DNA of 64,000 bases from Gammaproteobacteria bacterium (GTDB lineage: Bacteria; Pseudomonadota; Gammaproteobacteria; Nitrosococcales; Methylophagaceae), in contig JACUUH010000008.1 of NCBI GenBank assembly GCA_014859375.1, positions 1,705 through 65,704 of the forward strand, in the 5' to 3' direction. Every line of letters begins with the position of its first letter. The stretch's first letter is position 1. Positions 49,548 through 62,339 of the stretch are shown piece after piece. A model generated the notes under the pieces. The model made no database searches, was not told the DNA's origin, and saw only the letters and a program-made list of their open reading frames with translations. Position numbers and translations under genes: made by a program.

Positions 49548-50485
49548 ATCGACACCTCAACTCTCGATTCCAAAATCTGCCAAACCAAGTCATTAAAACT
49601 AAGTCCAGCTTGTTTTGCTGCCATCGGTACTAAACTGTGATCGGTCATTCCCGGTACGCTATTGGCTTCTAACAAATAAAACTTACCTGCTTGATCTCGC
49701 ATCAAATCAATGCGACCCCAGCCTTTCATGCGTAAAGCATTAAACGCATCCAAGGCTAACTGCTGACAGTATTTCTCATCATTTTCAGCTAAACCACATG
49801 GGCAAAGATAGTGCGTGGTATTTGCTTTATATTTAGCGTCAAAATCATAAAACTCATGTGGCGTTTTCAATTGAATGACTGGCAATGCCTGCTGATCCAA
49901 AATAGCGACGGTATATTCTTCGCCTGAAATCCAGGTTTCAACGATAACTTCAGCATCATAGTGTGTAGCTAAGGTAATTGCCTTAGCTAAGTCATCTTTC
50001 GTATTAACCTTGGTCATACCGATACTTGAACCTTCATTCACCGGTTTTACCATTAACGGCAGGCCTAGTCGTGTTGCTAAATCATTAACATCGCTATCAA
50101 TAGTGACCTGTTCAAATGCAGCTGTTGGCAAACCTTGTTGCAACCAGATTTGCTTGCTAATCATCTTATTCATCGATAACACTGCGCCAGTGACATCACT
50201 ACCTGTGAATGGAATAGCTAATGACTGCAACACACCCTGGATTTGACCATCTTCACCACCACGGCCATGTAACACATTAAAGGCACGATCAAATTGGCCT
50301 GCTACCAGTTGTTGACTGATATCTAATCCAACATCAACTTTATGAGCATCAACCCCTTGCTCTAGCAAAGCAGTTAACACAGCTTGACCACTAATTAATG
50401 AAATCTCGCGTTCAGCAGATCGTCCGCCCATCAACACAGCGACTTTGCCAAAGTCACTAGCAGACATTACGCGCTTGTTACTCAT
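49544..50485 (-). CDS. ddl: D-alanine--D-alanine ligase
   Basis: 313 aa. VLMGGRSAEREISL, HGRGGEDG and ATP-grasp C-terminus LEANSVPGMT. Confidence 0.95.
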   Translation of the reverse strand: MSNKRVMSASDFGKVAVLMGGRSAEREISLISGQAVLTALLEQGVDAHKVDVGLDISQQLVAGQFDRAFNVLHGRGGEDGQIQGVLQSLAIPFTGSDVTGAVLSMNKMISKQIWLQQGLPTAAFEQVTIDSDVNDLATRLGLPLMVKPVNEGSSIGMTKVNTKDDLAKAITLATHYDAEVIVETWISGEEYTVAILDQQALPVIQLKTPHEFYDFDAKYKANTTHYLCPCGLAENDEKYCQQLALDAFNALRMKGWGRIDLMRDQAGKFYLLEANSVPGMTDHSLVPMAAKQAGLSFNDLVWQILESRVEVSI

Positions 50486-51372
50486 GGCTGCTCGCCTATA
50501 ATGTGAACTTCGGGGGTTAAATGTACACCTTGTGCCGCCTCTACTTTCTGCTGCACTAACGCTATTAATGTCTCAATATCTGCCGCTGTTGCCGTCGTAT
50601 CACTGACGATGAAATTGGCATGTTTTTCAGATACTTGTGCACCGCCCACTCGCAGGCCTTTAAGCTCCGTAGCTTCAATCAAACGACCTGCAAAATCATT
50701 GTCAGGATTTCTAAACACCGAACCCGCACAGGGTTGGTTTGTGGGTTGACTGAGATTACGTTTTTTCAATAAGGTTTTGATCAAATCAAGTTCAAGCTCA
50801 GCATCGCCTTGATCAAACCTGAATGTTGCAGATACAAACCATTGGTCTACTGGACCTTTAACGTGTCGATATGCAATCTCAAAATCACTTGGCTGATGTT
50901 GTTTGAATTCACCTTGTCTATTGACTGTGGTGACATTTGTTACATACGACCATGTATCTGCTTGATGAGCACCTGCATTCATCGCTAAAGCACCACCAAC
51001 TGTACCTGGTATTCCCGCTAAAAAGGCTGCGCCAGACAACCCTGCTTTTGCGGCTTTTTTGGCTAATTTACTACAGTAAACACCCACTTCAGCTACAACC
51101 GTCTGCCCAATAACGTCAATATCTTGTAGTGCACCAGCCGTTACGATAACCGTTCCAGGAAAACCGCCATCACGTATCAATACGTTACTGCCCAAACCTA
51201 ACCATAAGATCGGTTCGCCTGCTGGAAGTTGTGCCAAAAATAGCGCAAGATCCTGACGGTCTTTGGGCTTATAAAAACGATGAGCAGTACCCCCTACTCG
51301 CCACGAAGTATAGTGTGATAATGGCTCATTAAGTCTTAATTCGCCTTGTAAATTATTAAACAAGGTCACCAT
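50482..51372 (-). CDS. murB: UDP-N-acetylenolpyruvoylglucosamine reductase
   Basis: 296 aa. FAD-binding LGLGSNVL, GIPGTVGGA and AGSVFRNP. Confidence 0.93.
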   Translation of the reverse strand: MVTLFNNLQGELRLNEPLSHYTSWRVGGTAHRFYKPKDRQDLALFLAQLPAGEPILWLGLGSNVLIRDGGFPGTVIVTAGALQDIDVIGQTVVAEVGVYCSKLAKKAAKAGLSGAAFLAGIPGTVGGALAMNAGAHQADTWSYVTNVTTVNRQGEFKQHQPSDFEIAYRHVKGPVDQWFVSATFRFDQGDAELELDLIKTLLKKRNLSQPTNQPCAGSVFRNPDNDFAGRLIEATELKGLRVGGAQVSEKHANFIVSDTTATAADIETLIALVQQKVEAAQGVHLTPEVHIIGEQP

Positions 51373-52790
51373 TAGCCTTTTTCTCCGAGTTTTATTTCTA
51401 ACTCACGCGCTATTACACCGATATCACCAGCGCCCATTGTCACTAACACATCGTTGTTCATTAATAAGCCCGGCAAAATCTCAAATAAGGCCTCACGGCT
51501 TTCAACAAACACTGGTTCAACTTGTCCACGTAGACGTATTGCGCGACATAAACTCTTACTATCCGCTCCAGCAATTTTGCTTTCGCCTGCTGGATAGACT
51601 TCTAACATCACCAACACATCCACTGTTGATAAGATCTGAGCAAAATCTTCGAATAAATCCCGTGTACGGCTATAGCGATGAGGTTGAAATACCACTGCTA
51701 AACGCCGATCAGGCCAGCTGGCACGGGTCGCAGCAATCGTTGCCGCCAATTCGGTTGGATGATGGCCATAATCATCGATCAATAAGACCTTATTAGTTTG
51801 AACTGATAATTCACCCAAAATATTAAAGCGACGTCCAACACCCGAGAATTTGCTCAACCCTGCCTGGCAGGCTTCAACAGATACGCCTAAATTGCGTGCA
51901 ATAATGATGGCTGCAGTTGCATTTAAGGCATTGTGCAGACCGGGCATATTCAGCATTACATCAAAACGTTCATCAGTTCTGTTATCTGTCACCGTAAAAT
52001 GACTTTGGCCATTGGCTTGTTGTAAGTGTGAGATCTGCAAATCGGCATCATCAGTCATACCGTAGGTCAATACTGGACGGGTCACTTCGGGCAAGATAGT
52101 TCTTACAACAGGATCATCAATACACATCACTGCTAAGCCGTAAAATGGTAAATGATGTAAAAACTCAATAAATGTGTTTTTTAACTTGTTGAAGTCACCG
52201 TCATACGTTGCCATATGATCTTCATCAATATTAGTGACTACCGAAATGACGGGCTGCAAATATAAGAATGACGCATCACTTTCATCTGCTTCTGCAACCA
52301 AGTAACGTCCACTGCCTAATTTTGCATTGCTACCAGCACTGTTTAATCGTCCACCAATAACAAAGGTTGGGTCTAATTCGCCTTCACTCAATAAGGCTGC
52401 AACCAGACTTGTTGTGGTGGTCTTACCATGAGTACCGGCTACCGCTATGCCATAACTAAAACGCATGAGTTCGGCCAACATTTCAGCGCGTGGCACGACC
52501 GGGATCCGTGCTTGTTTGGCTGCTACCAATTCAGGATTTGCCTGATCAATGGCTGTCGATACAACAACAACATCGGCACCAGCTAAATAACGGGCATCAT
52601 GACCAATTTTCACCGTCGCCCCTAATTCTCGCAAATGTGTAATCAGTGTATTTTCAGTTAAATCGGAACCTGAAACCTGATAGCCCAAGTTCAATAACAC
52701 TTCAGCTATGCCACCCATACCGACACCACCGATACCGATGAAATGTATATGTTTAACCCGGCTTTGCATTGCTGATGTCAGTTTATCCAT
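51372..52790 (-). CDS. murC: UDP-N-acetylmuramate--L-alanine ligase
   Basis: [19 protein letters not shown] and [11 protein letters not shown] 52790 with SD AGAGG 6 nt upstream is preferred over the track TTG at 52817. Overlaps the murG end by 8 nt. Confidence 0.95.
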   Translation of the reverse strand: MDKLTSAMQSRVKHIHFIGIGGVGMGGIAEVLLNLGYQVSGSDLTENTLITHLRELGATVKIGHDARYLAGADVVVVSTAIDQANPELVAAKQARIPVVPRAEMLAELMRFSYGIAVAGTHGKTTTTSLVAALLSEGELDPTFVIGGRLNSAGSNAKLGSGRYLVAEADESDASFLYLQPVISVVTNIDEDHMATYDGDFNKLKNTFIEFLHHLPFYGLAVMCIDDPVVRTILPEVTRPVLTYGMTDDADLQISHLQQANGQSHFTVTDNRTDERFDVMLNMPGLHNALNATAAIIIARNLGVSVEACQAGLSKFSGVGRRFNILGELSVQTNKVLLIDDYGHHPTELAATIAATRASWPDRRLAVVFQPHRYSRTRDLFEDFAQILSTVDVLVMLEVYPAGESKIAGADSKSLCRAIRLRGQVEPVFVESREALFEILPGLLMNNDVLVTMGAGDIGVIARELEIKLGEKG

Positions 52791-53868
52791 GACAAACCTC
52801 TTCACATTTTTGAGCAATTGTTTTGGCTGCTTCTGGTTTGGCTTGCGTTCTTGCCGCTGTTGCCATGGCTAATAAATGTGTTTTATCCGTTAGCAATGAA
52901 CGGATATGTTCAGCTAATTTGGTTGCTGACAGCTCACTATCTTTAATTAAATGGGCACCACCTGCCATCACTAATGCTGAGGCATTATGTGTTTGGTGGT
53001 CATCAACCGCATAAGGATATGGCACTAACAATGACGCAACACCAACAGCTGAGAGTTCAGCAATAGTAAGGGCTCCCGCTCGACACACCACTAGATCAGC
53101 CCATTGATAAGCTTCAGCCATATCATCTACAAATGTTGTAATGCGTGCATTCACACCTGCTTTTTCATACGCTTTATGACATTCTTCATGATGCCTACTG
53201 CCACATTGATGCCTGACATGTGGACGCTGTTCTTGGTCAAATAACGCCAGTGCTTCAGGTAATACTGTATTTAGAGATTTAGCACCTAAGCTACCTCCGA
53301 GTACCAATAAGTTTGCGCTAGTTTGCCGTTCTGCCGTACTAAAACGCTGTTCTGGTGGAACCGAATTAGCAATCGACTCCCGAACAGGATTACCTACCCA
53401 TTCCGCATCAAATTCGCTATCAAAGCTATTTGGAAATGCCTCTAATACACGTTTTGCCAAGCGAGCTAAAAGTCTGTTTGTAAGACCAGGTATGGCATTT
53501 TGCTCGTGAATCACCAATGGTTTTCTTAATAGCCATGCTGCAACACCGCCTGGACCTGATGCAAAACCACCTAATCCCAATACAACATCAGGCTGAATCT
53601 TTCTGATTGCAACTATCGCTTCAATCACTGCTTTTAGTAATTTAAATGGGGCAAGCAACCAACCTAAGATACCGTTTCCACGCAAACCAGTTACATGTAT
53701 CAGAGATAGCGGATAACCAGCATCAGGGACTAATTTTGCTTCAATTCCTCTGGCTGTACCCATCCAGTGAACGTCAGTACCGTGTTGCGCCAATACCTGT
53801 GCAACCGCCAACGCAGGAAACACATGTCCACCTGTACCACCAGCCATAATCAAAATACGAGGAATCAT
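52783..53868 (-). CDS. murG: undecaprenyldiphospho-muramoylpentapeptide beta-N-acetylglucosaminyltransferase
   Basis: 361 aa. [16 protein letters not shown] and the C-terminal GT28 domain. Confidence 0.95.
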   Translation of the reverse strand: MIPRILIMAGGTGGHVFPALAVAQVLAQHGTDVHWMGTARGIEAKLVPDAGYPLSLIHVTGLRGNGILGWLLAPFKLLKAVIEAIVAIRKIQPDVVLGLGGFASGPGGVAAWLLRKPLVIHEQNAIPGLTNRLLARLAKRVLEAFPNSFDSEFDAEWVGNPVRESIANSVPPEQRFSTAERQTSANLLVLGGSLGAKSLNTVLPEALALFDQEQRPHVRHQCGSRHHEECHKAYEKAGVNARITTFVDDMAEAYQWADLVVCRAGALTIAELSAVGVASLLVPYPYAVDDHQTHNASALVMAGGAHLIKDSELSATKLAEHIRSLLTDKTHLLAMATAARTQAKPEAAKTIAQKCEEVCHG

Positions 53869-55004
53869 CGTTTCACCCTCGCTGCTGCTTGTTCAGGAAA
53901 ACGGGTTTCAAGATCAACACGGAATAATAGCGCTATTGCAATACACACCAATACCAAACTACTACCACCGTAACTCATTAACGGTAGTGTTAAGCCTTTG
54001 GTTGGTAATGCGCCCATATTGACTCCCATATTGACGCAGGCTTGTAGTCCTAGCCAAATACCAATGCCATAGGCAATCTGAGCACCGAAGATCTGTCCAG
54101 CACATTCAGCTGCACGACCAATTGCCAATGCTCGCCATACCAAAACAACAAATAGAATTAACACACTCATGGCACCTACTAGCCCCAATTCTTCAGCAAC
54201 AATCGAATACAAAAAGTCAGTATGGGCTTCAGGTAAATAGAACAGTTTTTGCATGCTACTGCCTAAACCAACGCCTAGCCAATCACCACGTCCAAATGCA
54301 ATCAATGCCTGGGTCAGTTGAAAACCACTACCATAAGGGTCGGCCCATGGATCCATAAAACTTTGCAAACGCTGCATTCTATATGGTGCAACCCACACCA
54401 GTGCTACAAATAACATGACAAGAATACCTATTAACGTGGCAAACACATCCAAACGAGCACCACCAAGAAATAACATCACTAATACGGTTGATAAGATAAC
54501 AACCACTGATCCCATGTCTGGTTGCAACAACAGTAATAACGCCGCTACGCCTAATAGAAATAATGGGGCAAAAATTTTGAAGAAAGAAACAGTCAACTGA
54601 CCGTGATTGCGCTGTAAATAATCAGCGATATAAATTATCGAGACTAGTTTTATTAGTTCAGCAACCTGGATATTGACGGGGCCTAAAGGTAACCAGCGAC
54701 GACTACCATTTACTTCTCGTCCTATACCTGGAATAAGCACCAGAATTAACAGCACAACCCCTATCATTAACAAAATAGGTGCTATTTTTCTCCAAGCTGA
54801 CAAACGAATATTAATCACACCCCAAGCACAGGCTAAACCAATGCAGGCAAAAACTAACTGCCTGTTAAAAAAATAAAATGGCTGTTGTAATTTATTATCA
54901 GCAATTGAGATCGAAGCGGATCCAACCATGACTAACCCAATGCCAAGCAGCATCAGAACGACAAATATTAAACTGCGATCCATGTTGTATGATGGCAGCG
55001 TCAT
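53865..55004 (-). CDS. ftsW: peptidoglycan glycosyltransferase FtsW (SEDS family)
   Basis: 379 aa polytopic protein. QPSE-like LQPDMGS, PEAHTDF and LPLMSYGGSS. Confidence 0.93.
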   Translation of the reverse strand: MTLPSYNMDRSLIFVVLMLLGIGLVMVGSASISIADNKLQQPFYFFNRQLVFACIGLACAWGVINIRLSAWRKIAPILLMIGVVLLILVLIPGIGREVNGSRRWLPLGPVNIQVAELIKLVSIIYIADYLQRNHGQLTVSFFKIFAPLFLLGVAALLLLLQPDMGSVVVILSTVLVMLFLGGARLDVFATLIGILVMLFVALVWVAPYRMQRLQSFMDPWADPYGSGFQLTQALIAFGRGDWLGVGLGSSMQKLFYLPEAHTDFLYSIVAEELGLVGAMSVLILFVVLVWRALAIGRAAECAGQIFGAQIAYGIGIWLGLQACVNMGVNMGALPTKGLTLPLMSYGGSSLVLVCIAIALLFRVDLETRFPEQAAARVKR

Positions 55005-56359
55005 GCGATCACTTCCTTGACTGCTTCAGCAAATTTTTCACCACGTTGGGCATAGCCTGAAAACATATCAAAACTGGCACAGGCTGGTGACAACAGTACT
55101 ATGTCACCTTCTTGAGCAATGTCATTGGCTCGTTTAGCAGCATCCTTCATATCACTAGCATTTACTTTGATCAGACTTTTGGGCACACACTGTTCAATTA
55201 ATCTGGCATCTTGGCCTAGTAATACTATGGCGCGAACATGTGCTTTCAGAACCGCTGTCAATGCAGAAAAGTCCTGATCTTTACCAACACCACCAGCAAT
55301 TAAAATAATGTCACCGCTATCGGCTAAACCTTCTATGGCTGCTATACACGCTCCAACATTGGTTGCTTTTGAATCATCAATCCAACGGATACCCTGCTGC
55401 TCAGCCACTAGGTTACAACGATGTGGTAAACCACGGTAACGTTGTATCGCTGTTAACATCGCCAACATCGGCAATTCCATCGCATAGCCCAATGCCAATG
55501 CTGCTAGTGCGTTTGCGACATTATGCTTGCCTGATATCTGCATCTCATTGACAGCGAGTAATGTGTGATCACTGTGAGCTAACCACAGTTCTCCATCACG
55601 TGAAATAACACCAAAGTCATCATTGTTAGGTTGAGCGAGTGTGAACCCAAGGTCATACCTGTCATCACTACTCCAAGAATTGACAATGGGATCATCACGA
55701 TTGATTACTTTGACACCGCTTCCGCTATAAATTTTTGCTTTAGCATCGTGGTAGTGTGCGACGCTATCATAACGATCCAGATGATCTGGGCTGACATTAA
55801 GTACAACTGAAGCATAGGCATCTAATGAAGACACTGTCTCTAATTGGAAACTTGACAGTTCAACGATATAAAAATCTGGAGCAGGCTCTGTCAGTAATTC
55901 CAGTGCTGGTACACCTAAATTGCCTCCAACCTGTATTTTTTTACCTGCTGTTACAGCCATTTCAGCAATCATGGTCGTGACTGTACTTTTACCATTTGAA
56001 CCTGTAATCGCAATCACTGGCGCATTGGCATAACGTGCAAATAGCTCTATATCACCTATAATCTCTATACCAGCATCTCGAGCTGCTTTAATGTCAGGCA
56101 GCCGTGGGTCAATACCTGGGCTTAGTACAATAACATCGCTTCTAAGTAACCACTCACTCTGAATACCACCATTCAAAATCAATACTTCAGGTAGTTCTGC
56201 TTGTAATATGCCTAAAGCAGGTGGCTGATCTCGCGTATCCATCACCGCTACAGCAAAACCTTGCTTGACTAAAAATCGCGCGCATGACAAACCTGTTTGG
56301 CCTAAACCAATGATTAAAAATGACTGTGAATGCTCACTTTTATTCATAAGATTGCTCAT
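55001..56359 (-). CDS. murD: UDP-N-acetylmuramoylalanine--D-glutamate ligase
   Basis: [10 protein letters not shown] Rossmann N-terminus and GSNGKST. ATG 56359 forms an ATGA overlap with the mraY stop. The track extension to 56443 would lie inside mraY. Confidence 0.93.
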   Translation of the reverse strand: MSNLMNKSEHSQSFLIIGLGQTGLSCARFLVKQGFAVAVMDTRDQPPALGILQAELPEVLILNGGIQSEWLLRSDVIVLSPGIDPRLPDIKAARDAGIEIIGDIELFARYANAPVIAITGSNGKSTVTTMIAEMAVTAGKKIQVGGNLGVPALELLTEPAPDFYIVELSSFQLETVSSLDAYASVVLNVSPDHLDRYDSVAHYHDAKAKIYSGSGVKVINRDDPIVNSWSSDDRYDLGFTLAQPNNDDFGVISRDGELWLAHSDHTLLAVNEMQISGKHNVANALAALALGYAMELPMLAMLTAIQRYRGLPHRCNLVAEQQGIRWIDDSKATNVGACIAAIEGLADSGDIILIAGGVGKDQDFSALTAVLKAHVRAIVLLGQDARLIEQCVPKSLIKVNASDMKDAAKRANDIAQEGDIVLLSPACASFDMFSGYAQRGEKFAEAVKEVIA

Positions 56360-57438
56360 CGAATTTTTAAGCTCGCCAAACCAACTAATACAAGAAACAC
56401 GGTAATAATCCAGAATCGAACAATAATGCGTGGCTCTGGCCAACCTTTTAATTCAAAATGATGATGTATAGGCGCCATTAGAAATACACGTTTACCACGC
56501 AGCTTGTATGAGGCAACTTGAATCACAACTGATAATGTCTCAATAACAAACACACCGCCCATAATTAGTAAAACCAGTTCTTGTCGAACTAACACAGCAA
56601 CAATACCCAAAGCTGCGCCTAGTGCTAACGCACCGATATCGCCCATAAAAACTTGTGCAGGATAGGTATTAAACCAAAGAAAACCTAAACCAGCGCCAAC
56701 CATCGTTGCACAAAAAACGGTTAATTCACCAGCACCAGGTATATATGGAATAGATAAATAACGTGCAAATTCAACATGGCCTGTAACGTAACTAAATATC
56801 GCTAATGCGCCCGCAATCATTACTGTCGGCATAATGGCTAAACCGTCAAGTCCATCGGTTAGGTTTACCGCATTACTACTGCCAACAACTACCAAATACG
56901 TCAGTAACATATACCAGCCACCAAGTGGAATAATGATGTCTTTGAAAAAGGGCACAATAAGCTGTGTTTCAGCTGGTGCTGTAGCAGTGAGATATAAGGC
57001 TATAGCGGCAACAGCACCGACGACTGATTGCCAAAAATACTTATAACGACTGAGTAAACCTTTAGGATCTTGACGTACTAATTTAATGTAATCATCAGCA
57101 AAACCAATCACGCCAAATAGTAGTGTAACTAGCAAGACAACCCATACATATCGACTGTTCAAATCAGCCCATAAAAGGGTACTGACAGCAATCGCAACCA
57201 AAATCAAAACGCCGCCCATTGTTGGCGTACCTGATTTAGTTAGATGCGATTCAGGACCGTCGTTACGCACCACTTGACCAATTTGTTTAAAACTCAAATG
57301 ACGGATCATGGTAGGTCCAACAATCAAAGCAATGCCAAGTGCAGTAACTACACCCAAAATCGCTCTTAAGGTTAGATACTGAAACACATGAAAACCACTG
57401 TGATATTGTGCTAAATACTCGCTGAGATATAGCAGCAT
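56356..57438 (-). CDS. mraY: phospho-N-acetylmuramoyl-pentapeptide transferase
   Basis: 360 aa. Ten-TM pattern with [13 protein letters not shown] and HHHFEL. Confidence 0.97.
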   Translation of the reverse strand: MLLYLSEYLAQYHSGFHVFQYLTLRAILGVVTALGIALIVGPTMIRHLSFKQIGQVVRNDGPESHLTKSGTPTMGGVLILVAIAVSTLLWADLNSRYVWVVLLVTLLFGVIGFADDYIKLVRQDPKGLLSRYKYFWQSVVGAVAAIALYLTATAPAETQLIVPFFKDIIIPLGGWYMLLTYLVVVGSSNAVNLTDGLDGLAIMPTVMIAGALAIFSYVTGHVEFARYLSIPYIPGAGELTVFCATMVGAGLGFLWFNTYPAQVFMGDIGALALGAALGIVAVLVRQELVLLIMGGVFVIETLSVVIQVASYKLRGKRVFLMAPIHHHFELKGWPEPRIIVRFWIITVFLVLVGLASLKIR

Positions 57439-58793
57439 TAGAGATCTCCTACGTGTGTTAACGCATCGGCTAACGTATCTAAACGCATAAAATGTGATCC
57501 TTTAATCAAACAGGTCACACCCTTTTTAAGCTCTTGCTTTAATACTGCGTGTAATGAGTCTTGTGTCTCAAAGTGACTGGCACCATCACCAAAGGCTTGG
57601 CATGCCTGCTTACTTGCAGTTCCAACAGTAAATAGGCGAGATACACCGACGTTTTTAGCATCTATACCTAATTGTTTATGAATGTTGTCACTGTCTGATC
57701 CAAGCTCACCAAAATCACCTAACACCAACCAATGCTCATCATTAAACGCCCTTAAAGCATCTAATGCCTGCGCATAGGATGCAGGGTTTGCATTGTAGGT
57801 ATCATCAATCAAACGAGCATCGTTGATTGCTGGACGGATTTGCAAACGGTGCGGCACGGCTTTCATCTTAGATAAGCCACGCACTATCGCTTCAACTGGA
57901 ACAGACAATGCATTAGTCACAGCAATCGCAGCAAGTGCATTAGCTACATTATGTTTACCTGGAAGCGGTAATGTAATGAAATGCATGACATTATCAATAT
58001 TGATCATAAATTGACTGGATGAAGGCTCAAGCGTTAGATCTAATGCCTTAATATCAGCATCATTGTCCAAGCCAAAACTGACCGTGTCATTAGGTTGGCA
58101 CTGTTGCTTCCATTGCGTGGCATACGGCATATCGGCATTAATCACGGCAATACCGCCACTTTTTAAACCGTCATAAATGGATGCTTTTTCAGTAGCCACA
58201 CCATCAATATCAACAAAGCCTTCCAGATGAGCTGCACCAACATTGGTGATAACAGCAACATCGGGGCGAACTAATGCCACTAATTGTGCGATTTCACCTG
58301 GATGATTTGTGCCCATTTCAATAACGGCATAATCACATTCTTTAGCAATTCGTGTCAGCGTTAACGGAACACCGAGTTCATTATTCAAATTACCAATTGT
58401 TGCGATCACACTGCCTTGCTCAGCCAAAATAGCGGTAATCATTTCTTTAACCGTTGTTTTGCCATTACTGCCTGTGACTGCAACATATTTCGCTTTACAG
58501 TGTGTTCGCCAAAATGCTGCTAACTGACCAAAAGCATAAACAACATCATTCACAAGCAGTTGCGGTAGTTCATCATCTTGATGTTCTGAAACAATAGCTG
58601 CCACCGCTCCGGCTTGACGCGCTACGGCCAGGTAATCATGCCCATCAACATGCTCGCCTTTAAGTGCAATAAACAGATCTCCAGCACTAACATTTCTGCT
58701 ATCAATTGTAGTGCCTGTAACCACAGTATCAATGTCAGGTTTAATACAGCCTAAGACATCAGCAATTTGTGATAATAGTAAGTGCATGCTCAT
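57438..58793 (-). CDS. murF: UDP-N-acetylmuramoyl-tripeptide--D-alanyl-D-alanine ligase
   Basis: GSNGKTT, DSYNANP-like DDTYNANP. Start ATG 58793 (TGATG with the murE stop) or GTG 58796. Confidence 0.93.
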   Translation of the reverse strand: MSMHLLLSQIADVLGCIKPDIDTVVTGTTIDSRNVSAGDLFIALKGEHVDGHDYLAVARQAGAVAAIVSEHQDDELPQLLVNDVVYAFGQLAAFWRTHCKAKYVAVTGSNGKTTVKEMITAILAEQGSVIATIGNLNNELGVPLTLTRIAKECDYAVIEMGTNHPGEIAQLVALVRPDVAVITNVGAAHLEGFVDIDGVATEKASIYDGLKSGGIAVINADMPYATQWKQQCQPNDTVSFGLDNDADIKALDLTLEPSSSQFMINIDNVMHFITLPLPGKHNVANALAAIAVTNALSVPVEAIVRGLSKMKAVPHRLQIRPAINDARLIDDTYNANPASYAQALDALRAFNDEHWLVLGDFGELGSDSDNIHKQLGIDAKNVGVSRLFTVGTASKQACQAFGDGASHFETQDSLHAVLKQELKKGVTCLIKGSHFMRLDTLADALTHVGDL

Positions 58794-60346
58794 CACTGAA
58801 CCTCCGCAATACTGTGATTATCATCATTTGCTGCCTGTAATGCCTTAACCACGGCTACAGCATCGCTAAATCGAATTTTATTACCTGCTATTTCCTGATA
58901 ATCTTCATGACCTTTGCCAGCGACTAATACGATGTCATCTTGTGAAGCATGAACAACAGCGAAAGTAATTGCTTGCTGACGATCATGTTCAATATGAACC
59001 GACTCAGGCTTTGTTATACCCATTAAAATATCAGCAACAATATCGTGATTGTTTTCGCTTCTAGGATTATCGGTTGTCAGTACAATTTTATCGGCATAAA
59101 GCTCGGCACATTGTCCCATAACGGCACGTTTGCCCTTATCGCGATCGCCACCACAACCAAACACACACCACAACACACCTTGTTGAGGTAAATGGGTACG
59201 TAATGACATTAATGCTTGTGTTAACGCATCTGGCGTATGAGCAAAATCAATAACAACTTCTGCCTGATTTTGAGCAGAATACGCTTGCATACGACCTTCT
59301 ACAGCATGACATTGTTGAATTGCCTGACACGCTTGATCAAATCCAACCTCTATTGCAACCAGTCCAGCTACTGTTGCGAGTAAATTATCAACATTAAATC
59401 GTCCTAATAAGTCACTTTTAATCTGTGCTGTTTGTTGTTGATATGAAATTGTAAAAGACATACCTGACAAATGGCTTTCGATAGCAGTTGCTGACAACGT
59501 GCTGCTATCTAGTGTCTGCGCGTTATAGCTGATAACACGCACCGTTTGATTTGCTGCTAAATCTTCAATCAATGACTGACCAAATGCATCGGCAGTGTTG
59601 AGTATTGCTGTTGCCAAGCCTTTAAACATAAATAGCTGTTTCTTGGCTAACGCATACGCTTCCATCGTGTTGTGATAATCAAGGTGATCACGACTTAAGT
59701 TAGTTAAGATAGCACTGTCAATCGCCACACTATTTAATCGTCCTTGTGCCAAGGCATGAGACGATGCTTCAATCACAACATGACTACAACCCTGGTTATA
59801 AAATTCAGCAAATAGCGCTTGCATCAAAATGGGATCAGGAGTGGTCATGCCTGTTGACGACAAGTTGCCGATTTTGCCGACGCCTAATGTCCCGATAATG
59901 CCACATTCAAACCCAAGATAATCGAGCGACTGTGCTATGAATTGACTTACTGAAGTCTTGCCATTAGTACCTGTTACAGCAATAACCGTCATTTTATCTG
60001 AAGGGAAATCATAATATCGTGCTGCGATTTCACTGGCATTTTCAGCTAAATCTAAAATGGGATAGGCTTGAGCTTGAGCACTTTCAATCAACTTGAATTC
60101 TACTGGTGTTAAGCCAACGTCAACATCAAATAAAATGACGCTTGCACCAAAATCTAACGCCTGTTTTAAATAAGCTGTGCGTTGCTCATCGTTTTGAGCT
60201 AGTGATAAAAACAGCCATCCAGACTCAACGCTACGGCTGTCAAGGCTTAAACCTGACACTGTTTGTTCTGGAACAGGGTAAGTACTTGCTACCATACCTG
60301 CAATCAAAGCACCAAGGTTTTGGGTATAGGTCACTGGCACTGTCAT
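58793..60346 (-). CDS. murE: UDP-N-acetylmuramoyl-L-alanyl-D-glutamate--2,6-diaminopimelate ligase
   Basis: 517 aa. GTNGKTS and a DNPR motif (TTDNPRSE) indicative of meso-DAP-adding MurE. Confidence 0.93.
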   Translation of the reverse strand: MTVPVTYTQNLGALIAGMVASTYPVPEQTVSGLSLDSRSVESGWLFLSLAQNDEQRTAYLKQALDFGASVILFDVDVGLTPVEFKLIESAQAQAYPILDLAENASEIAARYYDFPSDKMTVIAVTGTNGKTSVSQFIAQSLDYLGFECGIIGTLGVGKIGNLSSTGMTTPDPILMQALFAEFYNQGCSHVVIEASSHALAQGRLNSVAIDSAILTNLSRDHLDYHNTMEAYALAKKQLFMFKGLATAILNTADAFGQSLIEDLAANQTVRVISYNAQTLDSSTLSATAIESHLSGMSFTISYQQQTAQIKSDLLGRFNVDNLLATVAGLVAIEVGFDQACQAIQQCHAVEGRMQAYSAQNQAEVVIDFAHTPDALTQALMSLRTHLPQQGVLWCVFGCGGDRDKGKRAVMGQCAELYADKIVLTTDNPRSENNHDIVADILMGITKPESVHIEHDRQQAITFAVVHASQDDIVLVAGKGHEDYQEIAGNKIRFSDAVAVVKALQAANDDNHSIAEVQ

Positions 60347-62049
60347 TTCTGCGTCACCAGTAACTGTGTTGTTGACAAATTATCAGGTGCTATATTTAAA
60401 ATACGCATAGCGCCTGTCATCACTTCTGAAAAAACGGGTGCGGCGACCAAGCCACCGTAATAGTCTTTACCTTGTGGTTCATCAATCATTACCACCATCG
60501 ACAAACGTGGATTATTAGCTGGAATAACACCAGCGAATACAGAGACATAACGATCATCTGCATAACCACCTACTACCGATTTTTTAGCCGTACCCGTTTT
60601 ACCTGCTACAGAATAATTTGTTACTGCCGCACGTGTTGCCGTTCCACCCGGTTCGATTACTTTTTTCATCATATCAACGACGTTATCCATGATATCGGAG
60701 GAAAAAACACGACGTCCAAGAGGTGCTTCATCACGAGCAATAAAACTGACAGGTCGTAAAATGCCACCATTACCTAACACCGTGTACGCACGCGCTAATT
60801 GTAAAGCAGTTGTTGATACGCCATAGCCAAAGGCTAGTATTGCTCGATCTAAGGTACGCCACGATTGTGGTTCAGGTAGACGACCAAGTGCCTCACCTGG
60901 AAAGTACGATCCTGTCGGCTCACCTAATCCAAATGAGGCAAAGCCCTGCCAAAAATAATCAGGTTTTAACGCTAAAGCGATTTTACTCGAACCAACATTA
61001 CTCGATTTTTCGATCAGTGTTGCAAGATTGATTTGTCCATAATCACGATGATCTTTTATGGACTTACCACTCACCACCATGTAGCCCGGACGCGTATCAA
61101 TAATGGTTGAAGTCGTAAACTCGCCTGACTTCAACCCTGTCGCCACTGTGAAGGGTTTCACCGTTGAGCCGGGTTCAAATTGATCTATTACTGCGCGATT
61201 ACGTAAATCACTTGTTTTTAAACCATGGCGATTATTGGGATTAAATGATGGTTGATTAACCATCGCTAAAATCTCACCAGTATTGACATCAAGAATAACA
61301 GCTGTACCTGAACGCGCTTGATGCTTATTTACAGACGCTTTAAGTGATTGATAAGCTAAATATTGCAAACGTAAATCGATGCTTAGCTTAATGCTTTCAC
61401 CATGCTTGGCTGCTTTTAATTGTTCGCCACCTTCTACGAAATTACCCTTACTATCTCGTACCATCCGCTCCAGACCTGGTACACCAGTTAAAATGTCATT
61501 ATAGGTAAGCTCTAAACCTTCTTGACCATGATCATCAACATTTGTAAAACCAATGATATGAGCAGCTACTTCGCCAGCGGGATAATAACGTTTGTATTCG
61601 CGTTGAAGTGATACACCGGCAATATTCAGTGCTTCCACTTTTTCAACAATTGCAGGCGTAACACGACGTTTTAAATAAACAAATTCACGATGTTTATTTT
61701 GTTTAAGCATACGACTGATTTTTTTACTATCTAGATTTAATGCCTTGGCCAAGGCATTAATTTCCTGTGTATCTTTGCTCATTTCTTGCGGATTCATCCA
61801 CACTGAAAACACAGGTGTACTAATGGCGAGCGGCTCACCATGACGGTCTACAATCATGCCTCTGTGAGCAACAACAGGTACTTTTCTGATATGACGTGCA
61901 TCACCTTGATTTCTTAAAAAATCAGGGTGAATAACCTGAATATCTGCAAGTCGATAGCCAAGGCCCAATACCAAGCCAATAAACACAAGTTTAACGAGGT
62001 TCAAGCGCCAAACATTGGTGTGACTGGACGACTGATTGTGCCGACTCAT
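60343..62049 (-). CDS. ftsI: peptidoglycan D,D-transpeptidase FtsI (PBP3)
   Basis: 568 aa. N-terminal anchor and the STVKP (SxxK), SSN and KTGT motifs. Confidence 0.95.
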   Translation of the reverse strand: MSRHNQSSSHTNVWRLNLVKLVFIGLVLGLGYRLADIQVIHPDFLRNQGDARHIRKVPVVAHRGMIVDRHGEPLAISTPVFSVWMNPQEMSKDTQEINALAKALNLDSKKISRMLKQNKHREFVYLKRRVTPAIVEKVEALNIAGVSLQREYKRYYPAGEVAAHIIGFTNVDDHGQEGLELTYNDILTGVPGLERMVRDSKGNFVEGGEQLKAAKHGESIKLSIDLRLQYLAYQSLKASVNKHQARSGTAVILDVNTGEILAMVNQPSFNPNNRHGLKTSDLRNRAVIDQFEPGSTVKPFTVATGLKSGEFTTSTIIDTRPGYMVVSGKSIKDHRDYGQINLATLIEKSSNVGSSKIALALKPDYFWQGFASFGLGEPTGSYFPGEALGRLPEPQSWRTLDRAILAFGYGVSTTALQLARAYTVLGNGGILRPVSFIARDEAPLGRRVFSSDIMDNVVDMMKKVIEPGGTATRAAVTNYSVAGKTGTAKKSVVGGYADDRYVSVFAGVIPANNPRLSMVVMIDEPQGKDYYGGLVAAPVFSEVMTGAMRILNIAPDNLSTTQLLVTQK

Positions 62050-62339
62050 GGTTGCACCACTACAATCTTGTCAGCAGAAGGTACAAGCATATTTAAACGT
62101 TGTTGTGCTTGTTGTTGGATTCGACCTGGAGTAGTCCATGTGCTTTGCTCTAACAGTAGCTTCCCCCATTCTTCATTGAGGTTGTCACGATGTTGTTCTG
62201 ATTTTTGTAGGGTGACGAACTCTATCCGAGTTTTATGTTTGGTATAAATCACTGATATTGCTGACACTAACACTAAGGCAATCATGATCACGATAGAAAA
62301 ATGAGCGCGAAGTTGCTCGATAACATAGCCAAAACTCAT
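62046..62339 (-). CDS. ftsL: cell division protein FtsL
   Basis: 97 aa. Single TM helix plus a coiled coil. Position between rsmH and ftsI. Confidence 0.85.
   Translation of the reverse strand: MSFGYVIEQLRAHFSIVIMIALVLVSAISVIYTKHKTRIEFVTLQKSEQHRDNLNEEWGKLLLEQSTWTTPGRIQQQAQQRLNMLVPSADKIVVVQP

Noticed and set aside
56360-56443. Twenty-eight-codon extension of murD into mraY.
   Set aside because: The Rossmann fold begins right after [26 protein letters not shown] 56359 gives the ATGA coupling typical of this cluster.
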